The translations under genes were made by a program, and so were the position numbers. From a virus (taxonomy: Duplodnaviria; Heunggongvirae; Uroviricota; Caudoviricetes): a stretch of 22,467 bases of DNA. The notes under the pieces were generated by a model. It worked only from the letters and a program-made list of their open reading frames with translations, did not search any database and was not told where the DNA came from. How positions within the stretch are numbered: position 1 is the stretch's first letter; the number at the start of each line of letters is the position of its first letter. Shown piece after piece: positions 1 through 8,859 of this stretch. Location: IMG/VR virus record IMGVR_UViG_2636415673_000005. The stretch is one strand, 5' to 3'.

Positions 1-281
1 AATAAGTGACAGATACATTAATACATAACGAAAAATCTTTTTAGCTACTCATTCATATCAATAGTGCCCTACCATAGGGCACATTATTCGTGGAACTCGT
101 TTATGACAAAAGAATTTTGATGGTCTGCCTGATGCAACAGATATAATTCTGGGAGTGTTGAGTAAGAGTATTCACCGGCGCTCAACACAAATGCCAGCAA
201 GCACGAGAAAGAGCAGGTAAGCCTGAGTGTTCAGGAAATGTTTGAAAAGGCTAATATGTGGCTGGTTTCAGATTAAACGCC

Positions 282-309
282 TTGAACCGTCATATTACTT
301 AAGTACAAT
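282..309 (+). promoter_or_regulatory. Putative sigma70-type promoter (TTGAAC - 16 bp - TACAAT) pointing into the antisense strand of the small membrane-protein gene
   Basis: Seen in sequence: TTGAAC at 282-287, 16-nt spacer, TACAAT at 304-309. No convincing plus-strand coding sequence follows (plus ORF 372-857 uses rare codons and has a His/Arg/Pro-rich translation). Function inferred only from the motif. Confidence 0.3.
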
Positions 310-545
310 CCGCCTAGACTAGCAATCATTCAATAGTAGCACTATCGAGCGCTCGCCAGTCGAGCGCAATCATGCTCCTTGCATACGGCGTGCAGCATAT
401 CACAAAACGATTACGCCATGACGGACTGCAGGCTACTCAATATCTGGCTCGATTAGCGTATTGGCATGATTTAACAGACCCCGGCGCTTATTCCCAGCAA
501 CCTGAAGCGGCACCTCTTCCTGTGTTGCGTTTACAACTCCCTTTT

Positions 546-845
546 TCACCCACGATTAACCAACAGCCAGACCAGCAGACAAGCCACCACCGGCACAGAA
601 AAATCCATCAGGCTTGCCACATCCCACACGCGCGGATCAAAACCACCCCACCACGGCATATGCATACGCTTGCCATGCCCGAACATTTCAATCCAGCGAT
701 ATTCTGCCTGGGTATGTTCACGAGCAATGAAGAACGTACAACCGGCTATCGCCCCGTAAGCCCAGTTTCCGGTAAAAAGACCAACCAGTACCTGCGCAGC
801 CACAGCACAAAGTGCATGAAGGAAAGGTGTTATATCCATTTTCAT
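546..845 (-). CDS. Small hydrophobic (predicted inner-membrane) protein of unknown function, about 99 aa
   Basis: ORF track 546..854 starts at a TTG; I prefer the ATG at 845 (MKMDITPF...) or 839, which has AGGA just upstream. Two clear hydrophobic stretches (LCAVAAQVLVGLFTGNWAYGAIAGCTFFIA and FSVPVVACLLVWLLV). Minus-strand codons look E. coli-like (CTG, GTG, CGT, CCG), whereas the overlapping plus-strand ORF uses rare codons. No family recognised. Confidence 0.45.
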   Translation of the reverse strand: MKMDITPFLHALCAVAAQVLVGLFTGNWAYGAIAGCTFFIAREHTQAEYRWIEMFGHGKRMHMPWWGGFDPRVWDVASLMDFSVPVVACLLVWLLVNRG

Positions 846-851
846 CCTACC

Positions 852-876
852 CAATAAAACGGGGCGCTCGGCCCCT
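852..876 (-). terminator. Intrinsic terminator after the distal fibre gene (GGGGC-gctcg-GCCCC hairpin plus U-rich tail); possibly bidirectional
   Basis: Seen in sequence: 5-bp GC stem at 861-865/871-875 with a 5-nt loop. On the minus-strand RNA it is followed by GUUUUAUU; on the plus strand by UUAAUAUUAUUU. It sits directly after the stop of the 882-1922 gene. Confidence 0.5.
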
Positions 877-881
877 TAATA

Positions 882-1922
882 TTATTTAGACGCAAGCGTC
901 GCCTCAATTGCAGATAATCTTTGTTTTAATTCTGCATTTTCTTCTTCCAGTGCTGTTATTCTGTCGTCTGACTCTCTGGCTACCTGAACAAGCAAGCCAG
1001 TAACACCAGAATAATCTACTGTGTAATAACGTTCACCTTCTTCACCTTCCGATCCGCTTGCACCGTCCTGATATTTCATTGCGGAACCTACAGCTTCTGG
1101 GATTGCTTCCAGAGCTTCCTGTGCAATGACACCAGCATAGGGCATACCGTTTTCTTTAAGCGTGTATGTATAGCCGTTCATTTTACGGATGCGGTCGGTT
1201 GCATTATCGATCACCTGAATGTTGTCTTTCAGATCCCGGTCGGAATGCTGGTTAAATGCGGTGGCATGACATGCACCATTAACGCTTAACATATAGGTGT
1301 TATCGGTATTTTTCTGCGCATAGAACATATAAGCGCCACCATCAACACCGACTTCATAAACAACAGGACGGCTGGAGTTGCCCCACAATTGAGCAGTAAC
1401 ACCAGCATAAGCGGTTCCCTGTGTGTTTAATGTCATGGTTGACCCATGATTGGCATATTTGATCTGTAATGTGTCGGTGTAATTAAATTTAATAAGCGCG
1501 TTACTTCCACGCTTGCTGTATGACATAAGGCAGTTACCCATTTTGAGGTATCCGCTGTCACCGGGAAAAATCATCGTACCGCCATAAAGGTTGGTAAAGT
1601 CCCAGCAAATGTTTGTCCCGTTATCGTTCAGGTTAAGGCGCGCCATTGCGTTACCTGGACTGTCTATCCATTTTTTGAGGTATAGTTCGCAATACGCATC
1701 CTCAACACCTGCCGTCCTGTGAGTTGAGCGGAGTTTTCTCCCAAATATAGCTCCGCTAGTTGGCAATACCTGCTGATACCATGAAGCAGACCAGTCACCA
1801 ACGATTTCATCTTTGCTGTCTACATATAATTTTGTTGCGTAGCTTCCTTGATCGTTTTTTAATTTGCTAACGTCGGATTTTAGCGTTTTGATGTCATCAG
1901 GAATTACTGTCGATGTAGCCAT
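882..1922 (-). CDS. Distal tail fibre / receptor-binding protein with a C-terminal intramolecular chaperone (peptidase S74-like) auto-processing domain
   Basis: 346-aa ORF. The C-terminal ~120 aa (…NQHSDRDLKDNIQVIDNATDRIRKMNGYTYTLKENG…AQEALEAIPEAV… then a coiled-coil tail EEENAELKQRLSAIEATL) matches the pattern of the chaperone domain found at the C-termini of endosialidases and phage tail fibres. GAGGAAG lies upstream of the ATG. The N-terminal ~225 aa is unrecognised. Confidence 0.6.
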   Translation of the reverse strand: MATSTVIPDDIKTLKSDVSKLKNDQGSYATKLYVDSKDEIVGDWSASWYQQVLPTSGAIFGRKLRSTHRTAGVEDAYCELYLKKWIDSPGNAMARLNLNDNGTNICWDFTNLYGGTMIFPGDSGYLKMGNCLMSYSKRGSNALIKFNYTDTLQIKYANHGSTMTLNTQGTAYAGVTAQLWGNSSRPVVYEVGVDGGAYMFYAQKNTDNTYMLSVNGACHATAFNQHSDRDLKDNIQVIDNATDRIRKMNGYTYTLKENGMPYAGVIAQEALEAIPEAVGSAMKYQDGASGSEGEEGERYYTVDYSGVTGLLVQVARESDDRITALEEENAELKQRLSAIEATLASK

Positions 1923-1931
1923 TTTTCTTCC

Positions 1932-2213
1932 TCACATCCAGCCACGAAGTTGATGCTCAACAGCAACCACGTATTCATCGAATAATGATGATATTTGCGA
2001 ATCATTAATGATGCGCACGTTTACAAAATATCCGTCTTCCTTAACACATACCGGTTCGCCATCTTCAGTCAGTTCTCCGGTTTCTTTGTACACGTTACCT
2101 ATCACGTCAATAAGAATATCATCCTGCATCGACTCGTCATCATAATAGCCAATACTCTCCATAAAGGCCGAAAAGTCGGCCCTGTCGGCAAATTTGAGTG
2201 TTAAATCTTTCAT
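1932..2213 (-). CDS. Small, strongly acidic protein (93 aa) translationally coupled to stf; possible fibre assembly factor
   Basis: Its ATG overlaps the stf stop (TAATG at 2211-2215). Composition is 21 Asp+Glu against 7 Lys+Arg. No similarity to lambda Tfa that I can recall. Function is inference from position only. Confidence 0.45.
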   Translation of the reverse strand: MKDLTLKFADRADFSAFMESIGYYDDESMQDDILIDVIGNVYKETGELTEDGEPVCVKEDGYFVNVRIINDSQISSLFDEYVVAVEHQLRGWM

Positions 2214-4588
2214 TAGATTGACTCCCCCACCTGAGCATCAGTCAATGCCTTGTGCCATATTCTGAAATTCCTGACATGACCAAATAAATGACGTAACCCG
2301 GCTGTAGTCTGGCCTCCAATACGGATAATTGCGGTGTTCTGAATACAGGACCATGTGGTTTTTGTTTCGCTGGATATATGCCCGTTACTTACTGAGCACG
2401 TAGACTGCTCTGACTTTACACGCATCCCCATAACCATTTTTTCAAGCGATGCGTTTTCGTTTACCCGTCTGTTAGCTCCTCCAATATCGCAATAAGGAAA
2501 TCCGTCGTAATCTGTTGAACGACCGAAGCCAAGAATAATAGCCGCTCCGGTTTGATGACCGCCGGTATCAAAAACACGTGGCGCTGCATTTGGCGTTTTA
2601 TACCAGTTCTTATGTACCTCACAAAGAACCGTAAAAGGAAGATTATAAAGATTATTCTTAATTGGAACTGTAACTATATCGCTTGCGCGGGTCGCCGCCG
2701 TCGCTCCTGATATAATAAAAGATGATACACAAGGCCCATCTTCTACTTGTGGGGTGGCCAGATAAATATAGTCACCAGATACGGTTGCCCCGCTCTGCTT
2801 AGGAGAATACTGTATCTGAGAGCCTATTTTTAACTCCCCATCAATTGCCTGAATTGTTGCCTCTGCAAAAATCCATCCGGTAGCTTCGTCCTTTCTGACT
2901 CTCGCTGTAATCCTTGAGGCAGCACCGCCTGTCATATTAATTTCAAGCGTTTGTGTATCAATATACGCATCACCAAGAAAAGTTGTTGCGCTACCGTCAT
3001 ATTTATCAAACCGGATACGCAACCTTACCTGCAGTTCTGTTTTAAAACGACATGAGGTTGTCACGTGTTTATTATCGCCTGAGACATCAACTGACTTTGT
3101 TGCAGCAATTGATGCCATATTAATGGCTGAGGTTTGCCCAATCAGAGAATCGTTGCAGACAAACTTTCCATAGGTAAAACCAAAATTATCCGTCCCTGTT
3201 TCGGGCACATCCATATTTGACGATCGCCCCCAACTGGCAGGGCTTTCCGAATTGAGCATGTAGTTTGTTCTTTGCCCCTCAATAAGCAGGCCATCACGTT
3301 CAAATCGTGGCTCGTCAATGGCAGCCTCTGTCAGCACACCAGATTTGTTAATATAGGTTGCTTTCGATGCACGTTTAAACTTAACAATCTTGTCGCCAGG
3401 CATCGTTATTTCATCGTCACCAATAACAATTTTTTTATATGACGGCGAAAAGCCCGTAATCATATCCAGCGAATCGTTAAATGGTATCCACACATCAGGC
3501 AGCGGCTGTAAGACATATTTATACGGCTCCGCAGCCTGGCTTGCGTACTCTCTGGCTGCATCTTCGCTTGCTTTAGCTGCCGTCTGGCTTGCTGCCGATG
3601 CTTTCGCTGAGTTCGCAGCCGCTGTTTCGCTCACCTTTGCGTTGGTTTCACTGGTTTTTGCTGCTTTTTGACTGTTAGCTGATGCAGTGGCAGAAGCAGC
3701 CGCCGCGCTTGCAGAACTGGCTGCGGCACTCTCGCTTTGGGCCGCTGCATCCTGACTGCTTTTCGCCGCAGTTTCACTGGCTTTGGCATTCGTTTCGCTG
3801 GTCTTCGCTGCCGTCTGGCTGGACTTTGCGTTAGTTTCACTCGTCTTCGCAGCTTTCTGGCTGTTAGCCGCAGCAGTTGCTGATCCAGCTGCTGAAGTCG
3901 CAGAACCGGCTGCCGCGCTCTCGCTTTCAGCTGCTGCAGCCTGGCTGTTTTTTGCCGCAGTTTCACTGGCTTTAGCATTCGTTTCGCTGGTTTTCGCTGC
4001 CGTCTGGCTGGACTTTGCGTTGGTTTCGCTCGTCTTTGCGGCTGTCTCACTGTTTTTCGCGTTGGTTTCTGATTTTTTGGCTGCTGTCGCGGAGTTTGCC
4101 GATGCAGTCTTTGAGGTCGCTGCCGCCTGTGCACTATTAGCTGCATTCGTTTCTGAGGTTTTCGCCGCGTTCTTCGATGATGCCGCTGCAGTTTCGGATT
4201 TCTTTGCCGCCGCTGCGCTCTGAGAGGCGGCTTCGGCGTTGCGTGCCACTTCTTCCACCATTGCCTCAAAACGACGCAATGCCTCCGGCATGACATCATC
4301 TTCCGTCATGGCACCGAGAAAATCATTCAGCGTACCTGGTCTGGAGCCTTCATAGACGGTAATGGTCCCGGCATGTGAAGGCGGAAAACCTTCAACCAGC
4401 AGGATGACGCTGTACTGGCCATGCTCAACATCCATGCTGTAACGCCCGGCTTCATCCGGATTTTCAGAGGCCACCGTGTTCACCAGTACCGTGGTGCTGT
4501 TACGCTTTGCCTTCAGTTGAATAGTGCAGTTCTGTATTGGTTTTCCCGCACAATCTTTCAGCACACCTGAGATTTTTACTGCTGCCAT
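2213..4588 (-). CDS. stf: Side tail fibre protein (lambda Stf-like N-terminus, Ala/Ser/Thr-rich repeat shaft, divergent C-terminal domain)
   Basis: N-terminus MAAVKISGVLKD…TIQLKAKRNSTTV…GRYSMDVEHGQYSVILLVEGFPPSHAGTITVYE matches my recollection of the lambda Stf N-terminal domain. Likely start is the ATG at 4588, with GGAG 9 nt upstream; the ORF track begins at a GTG at 4594. The central region is a low-complexity repeat (AAKTSETNAKxS…) and the C-terminal ~400 aa is unlike lambda Stf. Confidence 0.8.
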   Translation of the reverse strand: MAAVKISGVLKDCAGKPIQNCTIQLKAKRNSTTVLVNTVASENPDEAGRYSMDVEHGQYSVILLVEGFPPSHAGTITVYEGSRPGTLNDFLGAMTEDDVMPEALRRFEAMVEEVARNAEAASQSAAAAKKSETAAASSKNAAKTSETNAANSAQAAATSKTASANSATAAKKSETNAKNSETAAKTSETNAKSSQTAAKTSETNAKASETAAKNSQAAAAESESAAAGSATSAAGSATAAANSQKAAKTSETNAKSSQTAAKTSETNAKASETAAKSSQDAAAQSESAAASSASAAAASATASANSQKAAKTSETNAKVSETAAANSAKASAASQTAAKASEDAAREYASQAAEPYKYVLQPLPDVWIPFNDSLDMITGFSPSYKKIVIGDDEITMPGDKIVKFKRASKATYINKSGVLTEAAIDEPRFERDGLLIEGQRTNYMLNSESPASWGRSSNMDVPETGTDNFGFTYGKFVCNDSLIGQTSAINMASIAATKSVDVSGDNKHVTTSCRFKTELQVRLRIRFDKYDGSATTFLGDAYIDTQTLEINMTGGAASRITARVRKDEATGWIFAEATIQAIDGELKIGSQIQYSPKQSGATVSGDYIYLATPQVEDGPCVSSFIISGATAATRASDIVTVPIKNNLYNLPFTVLCEVHKNWYKTPNAAPRVFDTGGHQTGAAIILGFGRSTDYDGFPYCDIGGANRRVNENASLEKMVMGMRVKSEQSTCSVSNGHISSETKTTWSCIQNTAIIRIGGQTTAGLRHLFGHVRNFRIWHKALTDAQVGESI
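3560..4210 (-). repeat. In-frame tandem repeats inside stf (about three copies of a ~189-bp / 63-aa unit, with 21-bp sub-repeats)
   Basis: Seen in sequence: the string gccgcagtttcactggcttt…gctgccgtctggctggactttgcgtt recurs at 3765 and 3954 (period 189 bp), with a more degenerate copy upstream. The spurious ORFs on both strands here (3390-3671+, 3783-4223+, 3631-4299-) are low-complexity artefacts. Confidence 0.7.
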
Positions 4589-4598
4589 ATCCACTCCA

Positions 4599-4626
4599 CA
4601 AAAAAGCCCGCCTGAACCGGCGGGCT
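4599..4626 (-). terminator. Intrinsic terminator between lom and stf
   Basis: Seen in sequence: 8-bp stem AGCCCGCC / GGCGGGCT (4605-4612 / 4619-4626) with a 6-nt loop, followed on the minus-strand RNA by UUUUUUG. Confidence 0.55.
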
Positions 4627-4652
4627 GTCATAACACTGTGTTACCTGGCTAA

Positions 4653-5252
4653 TCAGAATTTATAACCGACACCCACGATGAAACCGTCAGTGCGCCAGTC
4701 ACCACTGCCGGAGCCTTCATAAGCAATATCAATGGCCACGGATTCGGTCGGGTTAAACTGCACGCCAGCCCCCCACGCCAGAGACGTGTTGCTGTGGCGA
4801 CCGTCATCACTTCCAGTCAGCACATCGTGCGTTTTCCCCTTGCTGTCAGTTACGCGGAGATAATCCCCGGAAAAAGTTGAAACACGGCTGTAAGCCACAC
4901 CTGCCATCGCATAAGCACTGAACCATTCATTCACGCGTACAGACGGCCCCGCCATCATGCTGAACCAGCGGTTACGCACTGAATCTTCATGCCAGCGGGT
5001 ATCGCTGTAATGCGTTTTTTGCTCATCTTTGGCATTGGCATAACTGAATGACGTCACCAGCCCCAGCGTGTCCGTAAATTCATAACGGTATTTCACGTTA
5101 ATGCCCTTCAGGTCATCGTTGCCGGGCATATCAGTATGGGTCTGAAGATACCCGGCGCTTAGTGTGGACTGATGCTCTGCTGCGCTCGCTGGCGTACCAG
5201 CGGCGACCAGCCAGACTACTGTGGACAGAATAACAGCACATAATTTACGCAT
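4653..5252 (-). CDS. lom: Lom-like outer-membrane protein (Ail/Lom/PagC family beta-barrel)
   Basis: 199 aa with an N-terminal signal peptide (MRKLCAVILSTVVWLVAAGTPASA), alternating beta-strand pattern and a C-terminal aromatic residue (…GVGYKF). It sits between J and stf exactly as lom does in lambda. GAGAGG lies upstream of the ATG. Confidence 0.8.
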   Translation of the reverse strand: MRKLCAVILSTVVWLVAAGTPASAAEHQSTLSAGYLQTHTDMPGNDDLKGINVKYRYEFTDTLGLVTSFSYANAKDEQKTHYSDTRWHEDSVRNRWFSMMAGPSVRVNEWFSAYAMAGVAYSRVSTFSGDYLRVTDSKGKTHDVLTGSDDGRHSNTSLAWGAGVQFNPTESVAIDIAYEGSGSGDWRTDGFIVGVGYKF

Positions 5253-5273
5253 AATTACCTCTCGCTTTTCTGC

Positions 5274-5300
5274 AATAAAAAAGGCGCCATTTCTGGCGCC
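5274..5300 (-). terminator. Intrinsic terminator between J and lom
   Basis: Seen in sequence: GGCGCC-atttct-GGCGCC hairpin (5283-5300), followed on the minus-strand RNA by UUUUUUAUU. Confidence 0.55.
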
Positions 5301-5319
5301 CGTATCTGGGTTATAAAAT

Positions 5320-8300
5320 TCAGCTAATCGTGATGCCTGCAGTGGCTTTCTTCATCACAACAACCAGCAAATCGCTGATACTTGCTGTGGGATACCAGCC
5401 ATTTACCCACCATGCTGATACAGAAAACTCCAGTGTCATTACGCCACTGCCTGCAGGCATATCAATAACACCCGTGTAAATCAGAGTATTATCCAGAGCC
5501 GTTCGGTTATAAATTTCAGCCCCGTTTTTCTTCACTATCAGGCGGCATGACGAATAAGTATCGCTATTCTCCCGTTCATGTCTGGCACCGCTGAAAGCCA
5601 CCGCTGGAATAACAATTTGCCGGTCAAACGGCTGATCGTCATAAACCCTGACGGTAATGGTCCCTGATGGCCACCGCTCCGGTGCACGGGAGTCCCGGGG
5701 GAAAGCTTTGCCCACTGTTTTAACGAGATCGCCTTCAATCTGGTTCGCGGACAGTTTTCCCAGAACCCGACAGTTCTCGTTAATCGTGACGTTGTTGAGC
5801 GTCCCGGAGTTCGCATTCACGCTACCGCTGATATCGGCATTTTTCGCCGTCAGTCGCCCGTCCGGTGTCAGGGAAAATGCCGGAGGATTACCGCCGCTGG
5901 TAATGGTGGGAGCCGTCAGATATTTCAGGAACACTTCATTCATGAATATCTGATCGCCCTGACCAACAAACATCGGCTTTGTGTTGCCATTCGCAGGATT
6001 AATCATCGCAATCCTGTCTGCCGCCAGCAGCACCTGACTCTGCATGCCGTCGGGGGTGTTCTCAATACCGGCACCGATACCCGCAATATAAAGGCGTCCG
6101 TCCTGCATCTGCTGCAGCTTCACTGCCCACATGCTGTTCAGGTTATTATTTGTATCAACCTGAACCTTCTGTATCTGCTGGATCGCTGCACTCTGGTCTT
6201 CCAGTTTCTTATTGACGGTCTGCGTGATTTCATTGCTGACATCCGTAATGGACGTCCTGATTTCAGCCAGGTCAGGCGCAAGCTGACCGTTATCAATCTG
6301 CGTCCACAGCTCCTGAGCCAGATGGGTTTTCCCTATCTCGCCTTTGAAAAAATCCAGATAGCCGGATGCATCATCACTCGGCTGACCAACAGCCTCCACG
6401 AATGCCGATTTGCCAACGGTGTTCACACTGCGAACGTAAAAATAATAATCATGGCCCGGTTTGATATTGATACTGGCGGCTATCCAGTACAGCCCCGTGC
6501 CAAGGTAGCGCGCTGTGGTTTCAACCTGCCTGATATCGGTAATCCGCTTTTCCGAGAACCAGAACTCAAACTGTACCGTCGGGTCATAAACGGCAAGATG
6601 CGGCGTGGCGGTTATCTGAAAATACCCCGGCGTCAGCTCAATCCGCGACGGTGCTACCGGTGCGGCAATCCGGAACGATACCGACGCCGGATCGCCCTGC
6701 TGTCCCCACGCATTTACCGCCCGGACTGTCAGCGTGTACCGCCCCAGCGCCAGTTGCGTGAAGCGGTATGTGGTTTCCGTCGTCCGGGCCGTGCTGACCA
6801 GCCGCTCACTGCCGTCATCCGCTGCCACGGTCAGGCGAAGCAGGAAGCTCACGCCCTTCACCACCTTCGGCGTGTCCCAGCGCGCCAGCACCTGATATTC
6901 CCCGCTGTCTGCGGTGACTTCGGCGGTCAGGTGCTGCACCGCTGGCGGCGTGACACCATTCACCGTGCCGCTCTGGTCGCCGTCAAAGTGCGCCCCGTTA
7001 TCCACGATGGCTTCTTTTTCCGGTACATGCTGCACGGCAGTGATGGCATACGTGCCGTCATCGTTCTCACGGATACTCACACAGCGGAACAGGCGCTGGC
7101 GCAGCGTCGGCAGCTTCAGCCCCCACATACTGTATTCTGCAACGCCGTCAGGAACCCGGTTCACTTTCACCTTAAGTCCGTCGGTGACGGACTGAACCTC
7201 CACGCTGACCGGATTACCACTTCCGTCAACCAGGCTTATCAGCGTGGTACCGGAGGATGGCAGCGTGATTTCACGGTCGAGCGTCAGCGTCCGGGTCTGG
7301 CTGTTCACCGCCAGCACGCGACCACCGGTGCTGATACCGGCATAGTCATCATCGCAGATTTCAATGACATCGCCCGGTACATGGCGAAGCCCTTCAGCAC
7401 CCACGCTGAAATCCACGGTCTGCGTCTCCAGCAGTTCCGTTTTAATCAGCCACAGCCCGGCGCGGTGTGCCTGCCCCCGGCTGGTACAGCCAAAGGCATC
7501 CATCTTCGTGACATTACGACCGTAACGGGCAATGGCCTGCGTATCTTCAACAAGCTCTGTCGCCGTCTCCCAGCCGTTGTCCGGGTCAATCCAGTTCACC
7601 TCAACGGCATTATGGCGGTCCTTCAGGGCGCTGAAGCTGTAGCGGAACGGCGCGCCATCATCCGGCATCACCACATTACTGCGGTTATAGGTCCACACCT
7701 TATCCGACGGTCGGTCCTGCACGAACGTCAGCGTCTGCCCGTTCCATACCGGCATACAGCGCATCGCCGAGCAGAAATCACTGAGCACATCCCACGCCTT
7801 GCGCTGTGTGGTCAGGTACGCATTACAGGTGATGCGCGGCTCCGTGCCGCCAAAGCCGTCCGGCACTGACTGGTCGCAGTACTGGCCGATGACATACAGC
7901 GCCCATTTGTCCACATCCGCCGCACCAAGACGTTTCCCCATGCCGTAGCGTGGATGGGTCAGCATATCCCACAGACACCAGGCCATGTTATTGCTGTATG
8001 CTGGCTTAAACGTTCCGTCCCAGATACCGCTGTATTGCCGAGTCTGCGGGTTATAGTTCGACGGCACCTGCAGAATACGCCCGCGCAGATGATAATTACG
8101 GCTCACCTGCTGGCTGCCGAACTGCTCCGAATCCACCTGTACGCCGACCAGTGCCGTGTTCGGGTAGCACTGTTTCACATCGATGATTTCGGTGTATGAC
8201 GACCAGAGCGTTTTGTTCTGCAGCTGGTCTGTGGTGCTGTCCGGCGTCATCCTGCGCATCCGGATATTGAACGGGCGCGGCGGCAGGTCACCCACCACCA

Positions 8301-8799
8301 CCGATGCTAGATACTGTGAGGTGGTTTTGCCTTTAATGGTGATGTCTTTTTCCGTCACCCAGCCACCATTACGCTGTATCTGAACCAGCAGGCGGACTTC
8401 CGACGGATTCCGGTCCCCCTTTGAGGTGGTTTCCACCAGTGCCTGCACACCGAAGGTAAAGCGCAGACGGTCGATGTTTGCCGACGTGATGGTCCGGGTA
8501 ATCGGCGTGTCGTACTTCACTTCCGTACCCAGCACCGTCTCGGAGCCGGAGGATTCAAATCCCTCCGGCGGTGTCTGCTCCTGCTCACCGGCCCGGAACA
8601 CCACCGTGACGCCGGATATATTGGTATTCCCCTCACTGTCCAGCACCGGCGTACTGTTCAGCAGCACGCTTTTTAATCCATCCACCGGACCTTCAACCGG
8701 CCCTTCGCTGATGGCATCGATCACACTCAGCAGCTGCGTGGACTTCAGGTTGTCCTTCGCTTCGCGCGGGGTATGCCCCTTACTGCTGCCTTTACCCAT
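5320..8799 (-). CDS. J: Tail tip / host specificity protein J (central tail fibre)
   Basis: 1159 aa. The N-terminus [34 protein letters not shown]… and most of the length match lambda J as I remember it; the last ~150-300 aa diverge. GGAG lies 11 nt upstream of the ATG. Confidence 0.9.
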   Translation of the reverse strand: MGKGSSKGHTPREAKDNLKSTQLLSVIDAISEGPVEGPVDGLKSVLLNSTPVLDSEGNTNISGVTVVFRAGEQEQTPPEGFESSGSETVLGTEVKYDTPITRTITSANIDRLRFTFGVQALVETTSKGDRNPSEVRLLVQIQRNGGWVTEKDITIKGKTTSQYLASVVVGDLPPRPFNIRMRRMTPDSTTDQLQNKTLWSSYTEIIDVKQCYPNTALVGVQVDSEQFGSQQVSRNYHLRGRILQVPSNYNPQTRQYSGIWDGTFKPAYSNNMAWCLWDMLTHPRYGMGKRLGAADVDKWALYVIGQYCDQSVPDGFGGTEPRITCNAYLTTQRKAWDVLSDFCSAMRCMPVWNGQTLTFVQDRPSDKVWTYNRSNVVMPDDGAPFRYSFSALKDRHNAVEVNWIDPDNGWETATELVEDTQAIARYGRNVTKMDAFGCTSRGQAHRAGLWLIKTELLETQTVDFSVGAEGLRHVPGDVIEICDDDYAGISTGGRVLAVNSQTRTLTLDREITLPSSGTTLISLVDGSGNPVSVEVQSVTDGLKVKVNRVPDGVAEYSMWGLKLPTLRQRLFRCVSIRENDDGTYAITAVQHVPEKEAIVDNGAHFDGDQSGTVNGVTPPAVQHLTAEVTADSGEYQVLARWDTPKVVKGVSFLLRLTVAADDGSERLVSTARTTETTYRFTQLALGRYTLTVRAVNAWGQQGDPASVSFRIAAPVAPSRIELTPGYFQITATPHLAVYDPTVQFEFWFSEKRITDIRQVETTARYLGTGLYWIAASINIKPGHDYYFYVRSVNTVGKSAFVEAVGQPSDDASGYLDFFKGEIGKTHLAQELWTQIDNGQLAPDLAEIRTSITDVSNEITQTVNKKLEDQSAAIQQIQKVQVDTNNNLNSMWAVKLQQMQDGRLYIAGIGAGIENTPDGMQSQVLLAADRIAMINPANGNTKPMFVGQGDQIFMNEVFLKYLTAPTITSGGNPPAFSLTPDGRLTAKNADISGSVNANSGTLNNVTINENCRVLGKLSANQIEGDLVKTVGKAFPRDSRAPERWPSGTITVRVYDDQPFDRQIVIPAVAFSGARHERENSDTYSSCRLIVKKNGAEIYNRTALDNTLIYTGVIDMPAGSGVMTLEFSVSAWWVNGWYPTASISDLLVVVMKKATAGITIS

Positions 8800-8820
8800 T
8801 CGTCATGCTCCATAAACGAT

Positions 8821-8841
8821 AAAACCGCCCGGAGGCGGTTT
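8821..8841 (-). terminator. Hairpin with U-rich tail in the I-J intergenic gap (attenuator/terminator-like)
   Basis: Seen in sequence: AAACCGCC-cgga-GGCGGTTT, followed on the minus-strand RNA by UUUUAUCGUUUAU, then the J ribosome-binding site. Confidence 0.4.
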
Positions 8842-8859
8842 CACATAAAACATTTTGCA

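Noticed and set aside
1-120. Possible tRNA or attachment-site remnant at the far left
   Set aside because: The AT-rich sequence shows no tRNA-like T-arm or acceptor-stem pattern that I could recognise by eye. The 8-bp hairpin GTGCCCTA-cca-TAGGGCAC at 64-82 is noted but has no clear function. tRNAscan or alignment with an empty integration site would be needed.
372-857. 161-aa plus-strand ORF overlapping the small membrane-protein gene
   Set aside because: Uses many rare E. coli codons (CGA, AGA, AGG, CGG, CCC); the His/Arg/Pro-rich translation is not protein-like and there is no ribosome-binding site. The minus-strand ORF is more credible. A non-coding antisense RNA here remains possible and is reported separately.
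3390-4299. Three overlapping ORFs (3390-3671+, 3783-4223+, 3631-4299-) in the stf repeat region
   Set aside because: Low-complexity translations (poly-Ala/Leu/Phe or Arg/Gln/Lys-rich) generated by the tandem-repeat DNA; the stf frame is the only one with a conserved N-terminus and a continuous 793-aa ORF.
6322-7869. 515-aa plus-strand ORF antisense to J
   Set aside because: Entirely within the well-supported J gene on the opposite strand. The translation is Arg/His/Pro-rich with no recognisable domain, which is typical of open antisense frames in GC-rich coding DNA.
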